A DNA stretch of 64,000 nt from Roseibacillus sp. (GCA_051251855.1 JBPOGI010000004.1:288001-352000), one strand, 5' to 3'. Numbered from the stretch's first letter, positions 1 to 9,238 are shown. The notes: a model not told the origin generated them from the sequence alone. Translations and numbers: made by a program.

Positions 1-1536
1 ATTAATCACTTCACAAGAGTCCGCCTTTCGCACCGGATGAACTGCCGCGGTTGTAATCGGCCCGGAGGGTGCGCCGACCTTGTTCAAGCGCGTAATTTTC
101 ACCACAATGGGGGTGTATTCATCCATCTCGAAATTACAATACGTGTGCGTCCAACCACCCACATAATCTGTGTAATAAGCGGGTTGTTCTTCATCGGCGA
201 GGGTTGCATCGTGGTCGAGACATCTAGTGAACCAAGCAAACGGCGTTTCCCAGTTGGTGACATCCTGCAAGTTCGCAGCATTGAGCTCACTCACCTTTTG
301 CACACTAAACGAGTAATACTCCGAGTCCGCCAAACCGGGCACAGGCGGATAGACCTGTAAGTCACCCTCAACAGTCTCGATACTCAGCCGAACGAAGAAT
401 TGTTGATGGGAACGGCTATCAGAAAGACGAATACGATAGAGACCATCTTCTCTCAAATTCGTTTCACTGACGACCACCTCTGGACTATCCGTCTCCCACT
501 GACCATTGACAAAAGAGAGCGCCACCTCTTCCCAAACATCAAGGTCGAGCGAGACTAAAACCTTTGCCTGCAGAGACTCGTTCTCTCTCAACCTCAATTC
601 GATATCAAATATCTCACTCCCGCCCTCAGCCCCCGCAAACTGGAAGGGAATGGACTCCCGAGAATCCGGATCCATCCCAAGAGCATATTCTAACAAATTC
701 GAGGCTCCGTCACCATCTTCGTCACTGAGTAATGGAAACATCTGAGCAGGAACCTCGCGTCGAACTCCGAAAGACCGGATGCTAAAGAGTTCTCCACCCA
801 CCCCATTCGAATCCACGAAGGTGAGAAACAGGTCATGGATTCCACTCACCGCTTGGGGCAACGCATTCTCGAACTCTCGATATCGCTGCCAATCTCCGGT
901 GTGAGAAATATCAACAGAGCCGATGAACCGCCCAGTAGCAGAACCAATACGCAATTCCACTCTCCCTCCCGCTCCTGGAGTCGCCCCCTCAATAAGAAAG
1001 CGATTCGACTCCTCACCAAAATCAAAATTGGGATAAAACTCCGAAACGCTATCGGTGACTTTTTCTACCACCCTCTGAAGCTCAATCGCTCGAGTATCGA
1101 AAAGATAGTCCCCAATCATTCCCGCATCCACAAACGTGAGATAGAGGTCCTGAATTCCACTCACCGGTGCCGATAGGACGATCTCGAATTTTCGAAAATC
1201 TCCAAAACCTCCTCCTGTCTGAGTCACATCGACGACGCCGAGCAGCTGACCAGTCTCTGAGCCCAGCCGCACCTCGACTTGCCCCCCAGCTTGAGGGGCT
1301 GCTACCTCAATCGAAAAATGATTTAATTCCGAACCAAAATCCAAATCCGTGAAGGCAATCCACGTGCCATCCTCTACGAATCCGACCACACCAGAACTGG
1401 TATTCCCTTGAATCGGCTGCGCATCGGGATGGGATTCCAAGCTGAAATCGGCAGAATTGAGCAAGACTCCCCAGCCCATGCTCGGAAAAACAAGAAAAGC
1501 GAAAGAGCAGGCTAAGTATTTAAGAATAAGGTTCAT
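1..1536 (-). CDS. Secreted multidomain protein with two CBM6-like modules, probable glycoside hydrolase (partial, runs off window start)
   Basis: Not in the ORF track because there is no stop inside the window. Manual translation from ATG 1536 gives signal peptide MNLILKYLACSFAFLVFPSMGWG. Two CBM6-like repeats follow (VGFVEDGTWIAFTDLDFG...GGQVEVRLGSETGQLLG...GIQDLYLTF; FDFG...GGRVELRIGSATGRFIG...TGDWQRY...GIHDLFLTF). Then DEDGDGASNLLEYALGMDP and the start of an unidentified globular domain. Confidence 0.8.
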   Translation of the reverse strand, partial: MNLILKYLACSFAFLVFPSMGWGVLLNSADFSLESHPDAQPIQGNTSSGVVGFVEDGTWIAFTDLDFGSELNHFSIEVAAPQAGGQVEVRLGSETGQLLGVVDVTQTGGGFGDFRKFEIVLSAPVSGIQDLYLTFVDAGMIGDYLFDTRAIELQRVVEKVTDSVSEFYPNFDFGEESNRFLIEGATPGAGGRVELRIGSATGRFIGSVDISHTGDWQRYREFENALPQAVSGIHDLFLTFVDSNGVGGELFSIRSFGVRREVPAQMFPLLSDEDGDGASNLLEYALGMDPDSRESIPFQFAGAEGGSEIFDIELRLRENESLQAKVLVSLDLDVWEEVALSFVNGQWETDSPEVVVSETNLREDGLYRIRLSDSRSHQQFFVRLSIETVEGDLQVYPPVPGLADSEYYSFSVQKVSELNAANLQDVTNWETPFAWFTRCLDHDATLADEEQPAYYTDYVGGWTHTYCNFEMDEYTPIVVKITRLNKVGAPSGPITTAAVHPVRKADSCEVIN

Positions 1537-1803
1537 GGTGTGGCGGCTACTTATAAGAAACCAGCCACCGCACCATCTGTCTACCTAGTGATATTTCTAG
1601 GAATGCGCAGCCCCACCCTCCAGACCAAGCGCCTCATTCACTCTCTCCTTTACCGAAAGCTTAGAAGGTTACCCAAGAAAGGAGCATCAGCATCGAGAGC
1701 CACCCCGAAGCTGAAATCATCATCAGACCGCAATTTTTGCCCTAAAAATCGAAATCCAAGAGTGGCACAAATCGTTCTCCCCGCTTAAAACCCTTCACAC
1801 AAT

Positions 1804-2910
1804 ATGATTCCTACCGAGCACGACGACCCCATTAACGCCCGCATCCTCGAAGTTTCCGAAGACCTCGTCGCAGGATTCCAGCGTCAGCCCTTCGAAATCA
1901 TCGCCGAAAAGTCCGGGGTCGAACTCCCCATCGTCCTCGAGCGCATCCGCGCCATGCTGGAAGCTGGAGTTATCCGTCGTGTGCGCCAAACCCTTCTAGC
2001 TACCAAGCTCGCCCACGGAGCCCTCGTCGCCTGGCGCGTTCCCGAGGAAAAACTCACCGCCATCTTTGACTACATGTTTCAGCACGACCCCTTCTCGGGA
2101 CACGTCGTCACCCGCTCCACCGATAAGGAAGTCTCTGGCTCTGGCTATCGCCTTTGGACCACTTTAAAAGTCCCTCAAGGCGAGTCCCTCGACCATCACG
2201 CTACCGTCTTGAAAAACATCGTCGGTGCCGAAGAATACATTCTCATGCCCGCCCATGGCGTCTTCGCCCTCGGCGTCGGCCACACTCGCCGCAAAGGCCT
2301 TCCTCCCGGCGAAAAAATCGATACTCCCGCCGAAATGATGACCACCACCACCGTCGAGCTCACGGACGAAGAGTGGGACGTCCTTCTCGCCCTTAAAGAA
2401 GAACTCGCCCTCGACGAAGTCGTTTCTAACTGCTGGGACAAGCGCGCCGAAATCGCTGGCGTTTCCATCGATCGTTTTTGCGAAGTCGCCGAGACCCTCA
2501 ACGCCAAGAAAGTCATCGGACGCTTCTCGACCTTCCTCGAGCACGTCAAGCCCTCCGACACCGGTAAAAAAGTCACCCGCTTCAACGGCCTCTTCCACTG
2601 GGCTGTCCCCGAGGGAATGCAGCAACGAGCTGGAGCCGAAGTCGGCCGTCATCACTGCATGACCCACGCCTACTGGCGTGAAGGCGGACCGAGATTTGGT
2701 AACGTCAATATCATGGGAGTGATGCACGGCACCGAAAAGCCCAAGGTCATGGAGCACAAGGCCGCCATCGACAAACATCTCGAGGCAGAAGGAATCCCCG
2801 TTAGCTACACCAACGTCTTCTGGGGGGGCCGTTCCGAAATCAAGCCCTCCGAGATTTCCCCCAAAATTTACGCCGAATTCCACGCCAACCCACCCAAGTT
2901 CGAGGGCTAG
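1804..2910 (+). CDS. Lrp/AsnC-like tandem-domain protein, siroheme decarboxylase AhbA/AhbB (NirDL)-like fusion
   Basis: Two HTH+RAM-like halves: PFEIIAEKSGV...GVIRR...LVAWRVP...GHVVTR and AEIAGVS...VIGRF...HWAVP...THAYWR. The latter matches the HxYxR motif of the Ahb/Nir family. Confidence 0.7.
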   Translation: MIPTEHDDPINARILEVSEDLVAGFQRQPFEIIAEKSGVELPIVLERIRAMLEAGVIRRVRQTLLATKLAHGALVAWRVPEEKLTAIFDYMFQHDPFSGHVVTRSTDKEVSGSGYRLWTTLKVPQGESLDHHATVLKNIVGAEEYILMPAHGVFALGVGHTRRKGLPPGEKIDTPAEMMTTTTVELTDEEWDVLLALKEELALDEVVSNCWDKRAEIAGVSIDRFCEVAETLNAKKVIGRFSTFLEHVKPSDTGKKVTRFNGLFHWAVPEGMQQRAGAEVGRHHCMTHAYWREGGPRFGNVNIMGVMHGTEKPKVMEHKAAIDKHLEAEGIPVSYTNVFWGGRSEIKPSEISPKIYAEFHANPPKFEG

Positions 2911-2928
2911 GCAAGAGTCCCAGACCAC

Positions 2929-3756
2929 TTAGAATTCCACCCGCCAAACCACGGAACCGTCATCTGCGGGCGATTTCACGTATTTTACTGCAATCCTTTC
3001 GGTCTCAGAAACTCCTACCGTATCACCATCTGGAATCGCCTCCCCTCGGCTGATCATGTAGCTTAAGAGATCAAAAAATCTTCCGATCGCCTCCCCAGGA
3101 CTCGTCATGGGAGTAATCATATAAAGGTCAGGAAGACCCAGCTGATTCATCCCTAGACTCAACATGCTCATCTTGCCTCCCTTCTCGGGTGCTCTACTCA
3201 GACCAGTCCAGAGCATCACCCGTCCTGCTTGCTCGGAATCGCGAGCTATTTCTTGAAAATACTCCACTGGGTGGGTCGCACCCGCATCGCCCCAATAGAT
3301 TCCTACCGCTGGCGCCACGTCACAAATCGCAGCCAGAAGAGAGGTGAAATCGGAGAGCACTTCCGCTGGACTCTTCGTGGTTTCCCCAACCATCAGACTC
3401 ACCATCAAATGCGCCTGATGAGGCCGGATTCCTTGTTGGTCATCGCCCAAAGAAGCAATCGAATAGGGATACGCCGCCTCGGCCTCCCCCTCCGGAATCG
3501 GAAGATCCATCAGAGCCAGAAAAGCCGTTCCAACTCCCTCCAGATGAAGAGCAATCACCTCACCGCCCTCTTCCCCCTCTTCATCCTCGGGGACAGTCAC
3601 TTCTGGTCCCCCATAATCCCTCAGAGCGACCGCCAAAGCCGCTGATTCACAACGGAATGGAGATTCCAAGAGAACAAACGCCAACTTCGTCGGAGGAACT
3701 GCAAGCTGCGGAAGCTCCACTCCGCCCGACCTACGAAATATATCAAAAAATCCCAT
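2929..3756 (-). CDS. DUF4261-like protein
   Basis: 275 aa ORF with HQAHLMV, GIYW, SLGMNQLGLPDL and IPDGDTVG motifs resembling DUF4261. Confidence 0.6.
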   Translation of the reverse strand: MGFFDIFRRSGGVELPQLAVPPTKLAFVLLESPFRCESAALAVALRDYGGPEVTVPEDEEGEEGGEVIALHLEGVGTAFLALMDLPIPEGEAEAAYPYSIASLGDDQQGIRPHQAHLMVSLMVGETTKSPAEVLSDFTSLLAAICDVAPAVGIYWGDAGATHPVEYFQEIARDSEQAGRVMLWTGLSRAPEKGGKMSMLSLGMNQLGLPDLYMITPMTSPGEAIGRFFDLLSYMISRGEAIPDGDTVGVSETERIAVKYVKSPADDGSVVWRVEF

Positions 3757-3914
3757 AATCTCTATTCCCTCAGACTCGACAATCCCCTTCTAAGTTCAAG
3801 TTTTTTCCCTTGCCAGCCCCCCTGCCAGCCGTAGCTTTGAAAGTGCTAATGGCGTAAATCATTGGCCTTAAACCAGAGGACTCGTCCTCTTTAAACCACA
3901 CCAACATAAATAAA

Positions 3915-4724
3915 ATGAAAGCAACAAAAGGACAAATGCGATCCGGTTTCACCTTGGTGGAACTCTTGGTCGTTATCTCTATCATCGTCGTTCTGGCCGG
4001 CCTCGCCGTGCCTACCGCGATGAAGGCCCTCGGTAAAGCCGAGCAGGTCACCGGCATCAACAACGTCAAGGGTATCAAATCCGCACTCGACCTCTTCGCA
4101 GGCGACTTCGACGGTGAGTATCCTAGCGACGACACTGCCGAGGAATTGATGGAAATCATGGACGACAACGCCGGAGCCGTTAAAAAGAAAAGCGGTGCTC
4201 GCCCAACTTTGGGATCCAGTGACGGCCTCCGTGGCGGAAGACTCGAACGTCGTGGCGGCAGTGCTCGCGGTGCTTCGGCCAGCAGCAAGCCCTCCAACTA
4301 CTACTTCAACCAGTTGATGGGTCGCGGTCTCGATAACGAGGAACTCTTCTACCAGAAGTCTTTCAAAAAAGCCTTCATGTTGAAAAAGCCTAACAACGAC
4401 AAGATTGTCGACCAAGGCGAGAACGTTTGGGGTTACACCAAGAACCTTCAGCAGACCTCCAGCAGTCACATTCCTGTCGTCTTTGACTCCCCCATCAGCG
4501 GTGGAGACAACCCCAAGTTTTCGAAGAAAGTTTGGGACGGCAAAGTCATCATGGCTCGCCTCGACAGCTCAACTCGCACCGAGATGATCGGCGGCACCGA
4601 TCCTAAGAGCGGCAGCGTCACCGGCAAGGTTGACGGAGAGCGCCTCAACCTCTTCTCACAAGAGGCTCTTGAAGAAGGAACCATGGTTCCTGCTGACCTC
4701 AAGCGCATCGGCAGCGGCAACTAA
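3915..4724 (+). CDS. Prepilin-type N-terminal cleavage/methylation protein (type II/IV pilin-like), copy 1
   Basis: Class III signal RSG|FTLVELLVVISII followed by a hydrophobic helix; paralogous to the next two ORFs. Confidence 0.9.
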   Translation: MKATKGQMRSGFTLVELLVVISIIVVLAGLAVPTAMKALGKAEQVTGINNVKGIKSALDLFAGDFDGEYPSDDTAEELMEIMDDNAGAVKKKSGARPTLGSSDGLRGGRLERRGGSARGASASSKPSNYYFNQLMGRGLDNEELFYQKSFKKAFMLKKPNNDKIVDQGENVWGYTKNLQQTSSSHIPVVFDSPISGGDNPKFSKKVWDGKVIMARLDSSTRTEMIGGTDPKSGSVTGKVDGERLNLFSQEALEEGTMVPADLKRIGSGN

Positions 4725-4746
4725 GCCTCTTCCACTTCACTTTGAC

Positions 4747-4781
4747 AGGCCGACTTCACCTCGCGTGAAGTCGGCCTTTTT
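4747..4781 (+). terminator. Rho-independent terminator after pilin copy 1
   Basis: Perfect 13-bp stem AGGCCGACTTCAC/GTGAAGTCGGCCT, 5-nt loop, T run. Confidence 0.85.
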
Positions 4782-4840
4782 CGTGACTTTTTCACACCGG
4801 CTTCAAGGCTTCTTCATACAAGGAAAACATATTTCTGTGG

Positions 4841-5584
4841 ATGAATAGCCAACCCGATCTCACTCAAAAAAGGGGAATATCGCTAGGACAACTTCTAGTG
4901 ACACTCTTGCTTCTCATTGTCCTCGTCGGAGTACTGGTTCCAACTTTCCAAACAAGCCCCCAGCCCGAGCTCATTCAAGGTATCAATCACGCAAGAACCA
5001 TTAAATCAGCCCTCGACCTTTTCGCGACGGATTTTGATGGTTCCTACCCCAACGATGAAACTGCCAAAGTAATTCTCAAACTCTCGAACCCTTCGGACAC
5101 CATTCCACAACCGAACACCATCAGCCCTCCCACAACATCCAACTACTACTTCAACCAATTGATCGGACACGGCCTCATCAATGAAGAACTCCTATACATA
5201 AAATCGTTTAAGAAAACCTTTTACCTCCGAAAGCCCAACAACGACGGTGTTGTTGACTCAGGAGAGAACGTCTGGGGATACACCAAGAATCTCACTCTCA
5301 AATCAAGCCAACACCTTCCTCTCCTCTACGACTCCCCAACCCGCACTGGCAACCATCCCACTTTCTCGAAAAAAACTTGGAACGGAAGAATCATCGTTGT
5401 CCGGGTAGACAGCTCGACTCGAACTGAACTCTTAATTGGTAAGAAATCAACCGAAGGCGAACTGCGTGGCAGGAAAAACGGCAAGCTCGTAAACCTCTTC
5501 TCACAAGAATCTCTTCAAGAAGGAATCATAGTTCCCGCCGACCTCAAGCGTATCGGCAGCAACAAATCATCAACCTTGCCCTAA
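4841..5584 (+). CDS. Pilin-like protein, copy 2 (degenerate N-methylation motif)
   Basis: KRG|ISLGQLLV has Gln in place of Glu5. Shares NYYFNQL, GENVWGYTKNL, NLFSQE and PADLKRIGS with copy 1 and close variants with copy 3. Confidence 0.85.
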   Translation: MNSQPDLTQKRGISLGQLLVTLLLLIVLVGVLVPTFQTSPQPELIQGINHARTIKSALDLFATDFDGSYPNDETAKVILKLSNPSDTIPQPNTISPPTTSNYYFNQLIGHGLINEELLYIKSFKKTFYLRKPNNDGVVDSGENVWGYTKNLTLKSSQHLPLLYDSPTRTGNHPTFSKKTWNGRIIVVRVDSSTRTELLIGKKSTEGELRGRKNGKLVNLFSQESLQEGIIVPADLKRIGSNKSSTLP

Positions 5585-5804
5585 CCGGCTCAGGCAATTT
5601 CTCAATCTTTGCTCTGTGTTCATTCTCCGTCCTCTGCGGCTCTGCGTTTAAGAACGAACTCTTCTCAGACCATCCTCTCGTCACCCCCTTTTGCTTCTTC
5701 ACAAATCTTTCACGCTCCCTTCACGATATCTTCATCGACCGCTGTTCCACTACCTACCTAACCCGGGGAAGCCATTCCCCATAACCGTAGAAACCGATAA
5801 CAGC

Positions 5805-6608
5805 ATGAAAACCTCACCAGCCCACACCCTCAAACAGAAAGGAGGCGGCTTCACCCTCGTCGAGCTCCTCGTCGTCATCTCCATCATCGTCATCCTCGCC
5901 GGGATTGCCACCCCCACTGCCATGCGCGCACTCGCTCACGCCGAACGGCTCGAAGCCATGACCAACGTCCGTTCTGTCAAAAGTGCGCTCGACATCTTTG
6001 CCTCCGACTTCCAAGGCGAATACCCCAACGACAACACCGCGGCCCAAATCGGGGACTTAATGCGTGATGACAAGCCAAGCAGAAAGCTCGACTCCCGCAA
6101 ACTAGATGGTGGACGTAAACTACAAGCTTCTCGCTTCGGCAAACCCGAAGAAAGAACCCATGAGATTCAACACACCTCTAACGAATACTTCCAACAACTC
6201 ATGGGCCGAGGTCTCGACAACGAGCAACTGCTCTACAACAAAGCCTTCCGACGTGCCTTCAAGCTGAACCCTATCAATAACGACGGCAAAGTGGACCGTG
6301 GTGAATGTGTCTGGGGTTACACCAAGAACCTGATGCGAACGTCCTCGGGCCACATTCCCATCGTCTACGACTCTCCTGTCAGCACCGGTGATAGCCCAGG
6401 GTTCTCAAAGACCACTTGGGATGGCCGAATCATGGTTGCACGCCTCGACGGCTCTACCCGAACCGAGCCCCTTGGTGGCACTGACCGCAAAACAGGATCC
6501 GTCCGAGCCACCATCGGCGGCCAGCGCATGAACCTCTTCTCCCAAGAAGCTCTCGAAGAAGGCGAGCTCGTCCCAGCCAACCTACAGCGACTAGGAAGCG
6601 GCAACTAG
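5805..6608 (+). CDS. Prepilin-type N-terminal cleavage/methylation protein, copy 3
   Basis: Start reassigned to ATG 5805 (MKTSPAH...KGGG|FTLVELLVV); the conserved C-terminal half is shared with copies 1 and 2. Confidence 0.88.
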   Translation: MKTSPAHTLKQKGGGFTLVELLVVISIIVILAGIATPTAMRALAHAERLEAMTNVRSVKSALDIFASDFQGEYPNDNTAAQIGDLMRDDKPSRKLDSRKLDGGRKLQASRFGKPEERTHEIQHTSNEYFQQLMGRGLDNEQLLYNKAFRRAFKLNPINNDGKVDRGECVWGYTKNLMRTSSGHIPIVYDSPVSTGDSPGFSKTTWDGRIMVARLDGSTRTEPLGGTDRKTGSVRATIGGQRMNLFSQEALEEGELVPANLQRLGSGN

Positions 6609-6627
6609 CTTTCCCTTCAAATTCACC

Positions 6628-6724
6628 ACCTCCTGTTTCCTAGCCCCGACACAGTCGGCCCTGCGGGCGAATTTCTCATGTTCCGTGAGAAATCCGGGCT
6701 AGCAACCCGGAAACAGGAGGTTTT
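6628..6724 (+). terminator. Terminator-like stem with a structured insert (possible MITE) in its loop
   Basis: Outer 13-bp stem ACCTCCTGTTTCC/GGAAACAGGAGGT followed by TTT. The inner segment is bounded by CTAG on both sides and contains three small hairpins. Confidence 0.6.
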
Positions 6725-6778
6725 CTCACCAACTGAAACATCTCATCGAAAAGGAACGTCTCTATAAAGTTCGCCCCT

Positions 6779-7561
6779 ATGACACCAGCCACCCTCGCAC
6801 GCGGTCAATCCTCAGACCTCATCCCTCTTTTCGCATCGGACAAGCTCCGAAGCGCGATCATCAGGTCGGTGCTTCTCATCATCATTGGGGGAGGATGCTA
6901 TGGCTTCACCGTCGGGCTCTGGCGTGGACCCGAAATGGCTCTCTACGTCGCCATTAAGACCCCAGCCCTTCTCTTCATCACCCTTCTCATCACCGGACTC
7001 CTCAACGGTATCCTAGGGCTGCTACTCGGCACCGGCATTGGCTTTCGTCAGTCGCTTCTCTGCCAACTCTTAGCCTTCTCACTCGCCGCCGTCGTTCTTG
7101 CCTCACTCGCTCCCATCACCGTCTTTCTCGCCCTTCAGGCCCCTCCAGCAGATTCCCCCCAAGCGGCGACCTCTCATAGCCTCTATCTGCTCACTCACAC
7201 AGCTATCATTGCAATCGGAGGCATCCTCGCCGTCACTCGTCTCTTCGGGCTCATCCGAGATCTGACTCCCAATCATAAGGCCGCCCGCATCACCCTGCTC
7301 TCTTGGCTCACCTCCAATGCCTTTGTTGGCGCTCAACTCTCCTTCCTCCTTCGTCCCTTCTTCGGCTCCCCCTCCCTCGAAATCGCCTTTCTACGACCTA
7401 ACCCTTTCAATGGAACTTTCTACGAAGCGGTCTGGAACGCCCTCAACCGCTTCTTACCTGTGGAGGGCTCTCTCTTCCTTCTATCCTGCGCAGCCCTCGT
7501 GCTTGCTCTCTTTCTCAACTCACTCCTCAAAGAACCAACTCCTTCAAATACTGAATCATGA
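6779..7561 (+). CDS. Uncharacterised polytopic membrane protein
   Basis: About 6-7 hydrophobic helices; QLSFLLRPFFG motif; ATGA overlap with the downstream paralogue. Confidence 0.75.
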   Translation: MTPATLARGQSSDLIPLFASDKLRSAIIRSVLLIIIGGGCYGFTVGLWRGPEMALYVAIKTPALLFITLLITGLLNGILGLLLGTGIGFRQSLLCQLLAFSLAAVVLASLAPITVFLALQAPPADSPQAATSHSLYLLTHTAIIAIGGILAVTRLFGLIRDLTPNHKAARITLLSWLTSNAFVGAQLSFLLRPFFGSPSLEIAFLRPNPFNGTFYEAVWNALNRFLPVEGSLFLLSCAALVLALFLNSLLKEPTPSNTES

Positions 7562-8349
7562 ATCCACCAAACATGCCCGACCCGACCAAAGACCAATCCC
7601 CTGAAGATAAACAACCCGAGCAAGAAGAACCCTTCGAGATCACCAACTTTGCTTCCGCCATCGAAGCCTTACTTCGGAATCCTCTAAGCCTCCTGCAGGC
7701 GCTCCCCGAGAAGCGACAACTCATCCTCCCACTCTTCCTTCTCGCACTCTTCAGCGCCGGAGTGCTCGGTCTCGTCTTTGGAAGCTACTCCGGAGGAACG
7801 CAACTCTGGGCCGCCCCTCTCAAGATTGGAGGAGGACTCCTTCTTGCCGCACTCATTTGCTTCCCCAGTCTCTACGTATTCTCCTGCCTCGCCAATTCCC
7901 CCCTCCGGCTCAACGGCATCGCCGCAGCCTACCTGTGTTTCCTCGCCCTGCTTGGACTTCTCCTGATTGCCTTCGCTCCCATCCTCTGGATTTTCACCCA
8001 ATCTTCCAACTCCCTGCCCTTTGTCGGATTTCTCGCCCTCGTCGTCTGGTTACTCTCCTTCCTGCTCGCCAGCGGCCTCCTGCGTAAACTCACCAAGAGG
8101 GCCCACTCCTCTTGGCAGGTCCATCTTTGGCTCCTCATTTTCCTCACTGTTACCCTCCAGATGTCCACCGCCCTCAGACCGATTCTAGGCACCTCCCAGC
8201 ATCTCCTACCTCAAGAGAAAAAATTCTTCCTCACCCATTGGATGGAAAACCTCGACCCCTCCACCAGGAGAACCGAAAGAGTCGAACAATCCGGCGCTAC
8301 CCAAAAATCAGATTCCCGAGGAAAGGAAAACCCCTACCTCGAAGAATAG
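7558..8349 (+). CDS. Uncharacterised polytopic membrane protein, paralogue of the upstream ORF
   Basis: Multiple TM helices; QMSTALRPILG corresponds to QLSFLLRPFFG of the upstream protein. Confidence 0.75.
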   Translation: MNPPNMPDPTKDQSPEDKQPEQEEPFEITNFASAIEALLRNPLSLLQALPEKRQLILPLFLLALFSAGVLGLVFGSYSGGTQLWAAPLKIGGGLLLAALICFPSLYVFSCLANSPLRLNGIAAAYLCFLALLGLLLIAFAPILWIFTQSSNSLPFVGFLALVVWLLSFLLASGLLRKLTKRAHSSWQVHLWLLIFLTVTLQMSTALRPILGTSQHLLPQEKKFFLTHWMENLDPSTRRTERVEQSGATQKSDSRGKENPYLEE

Positions 8350-8361
8350 ACGGTCCAAAGC

Positions 8362-8715
8362 CTACTCGAAGTAAGTATCCTCGTGAGCGTAGGGGGGCGC
8401 GCAACAGCATAAGAAGCGCGTCTCCTCGAGAGCTTCAATCTGGTGCCAAGTTCCTGCAGGAATCAAAATAGCGTCACCGGGCCCCACCTCTCGAGATACC
8501 CCATCGATTTCCATCGTCGCCTTGCCCTCGAGCAAAAAGTAGAGCTCCTCGCTCACCTTGTGATAATGCCGATCCGTCGCTTTCCCGACCGGTAACCTCG
8601 CTTCCGCCAGGCTCTGCTTCTCGACGGGAGCATTCGATAGGTCAAGAATACTCCGAATCGTCGAACCGTCCTTCGTCGTAAACGGCTCTTGCTGGTCCAA
8701 ATTTCGAATGGTCAT
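8362..8715 (-). CDS. Cupin domain protein
   Basis: Cupin motifs HYHKVSEELYFLLEG and GDAILIPAGTWH. Confidence 0.85.
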   Translation of the reverse strand: MTIRNLDQQEPFTTKDGSTIRSILDLSNAPVEKQSLAEARLPVGKATDRHYHKVSEELYFLLEGKATMEIDGVSREVGPGDAILIPAGTWHQIEALEETRFLCCCAPPYAHEDTYFE

Positions 8716-8776
8716 CCCAAGAAAGAAAACACAGTTCTGTCAGAGAAGCAAAACAGAGATAGCTCGACACCAGACC

Positions 8777-9238
8777 CTAGCCCACCTCACTCACCGTCAA
8801 TCCGCCACCGACATCCTCGCCAATTCGCTTCCCTTTCAACCGCGCAAAAAGAGGGCTTTCTGTCGTCAGAGTCGTCACCACCATTCCATCCTCTTCCACT
8901 TCGATGCCCCCTCCAACGGGCAAGAGAAGATAGTGCACCCACTCACCCTCTTTTTCGAGCTCCACCCTCGCCCCCAGATCAATTGCATCCGTTATCAAAA
9001 ATTCCCTCACTTCGAAACGCTCCAACTGGGCAATCGCGACCTGCAAGGTTTCGGCCTGCTGCGCCTGCCCAGCTGCTAAATAGGACATCTCCAAACTCCG
9101 CGTATCATACTTGCCTTCCGCCTTACTATCAGGGTCTGTGGCTGCCGCGCTTGAAGCATTCAAAGCCTTCTCCAGGGCTCCATACTCTTCCCTCAACTTG
9201 ATGAGTGTCTTACCCAAAATATTGCCTTTCAATGACAT
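8777..9238 (-). CDS. GreA/GreB-family elongation factor-like protein
   Basis: N-terminal coiled coil with AEGKYDTRSLEMSYLAAGQ; C-terminal LGARVEL...ESPLFARLKGKRIGE. Confidence 0.75.
   Translation of the reverse strand: MSLKGNILGKTLIKLREEYGALEKALNASSAAATDPDSKAEGKYDTRSLEMSYLAAGQAQQAETLQVAIAQLERFEVREFLITDAIDLGARVELEKEGEWVHYLLLPVGGGIEVEEDGMVVTTLTTESPLFARLKGKRIGEDVGGGLTVSEVG

Noticed and set aside
1763..1778. Sigma54-like TGGCAC upstream of the AhbAB-like gene
   Set aside because: The -12 element reads GTTC rather than TTGC; insufficient support.
5610..5650. CTCTG(T/C)G-type short degenerate repeats between pilin copies 2 and 3
   Set aside because: Too short and degenerate to call an element; no partner inverted arm found nearby.
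6640..6702. Possible tRNA (cloverleaf-like fold)
   Set aside because: Too short, and lacks the T-loop GTTC consensus in the right place, D-loop GG, a 7-nt anticodon loop and a CCA end.
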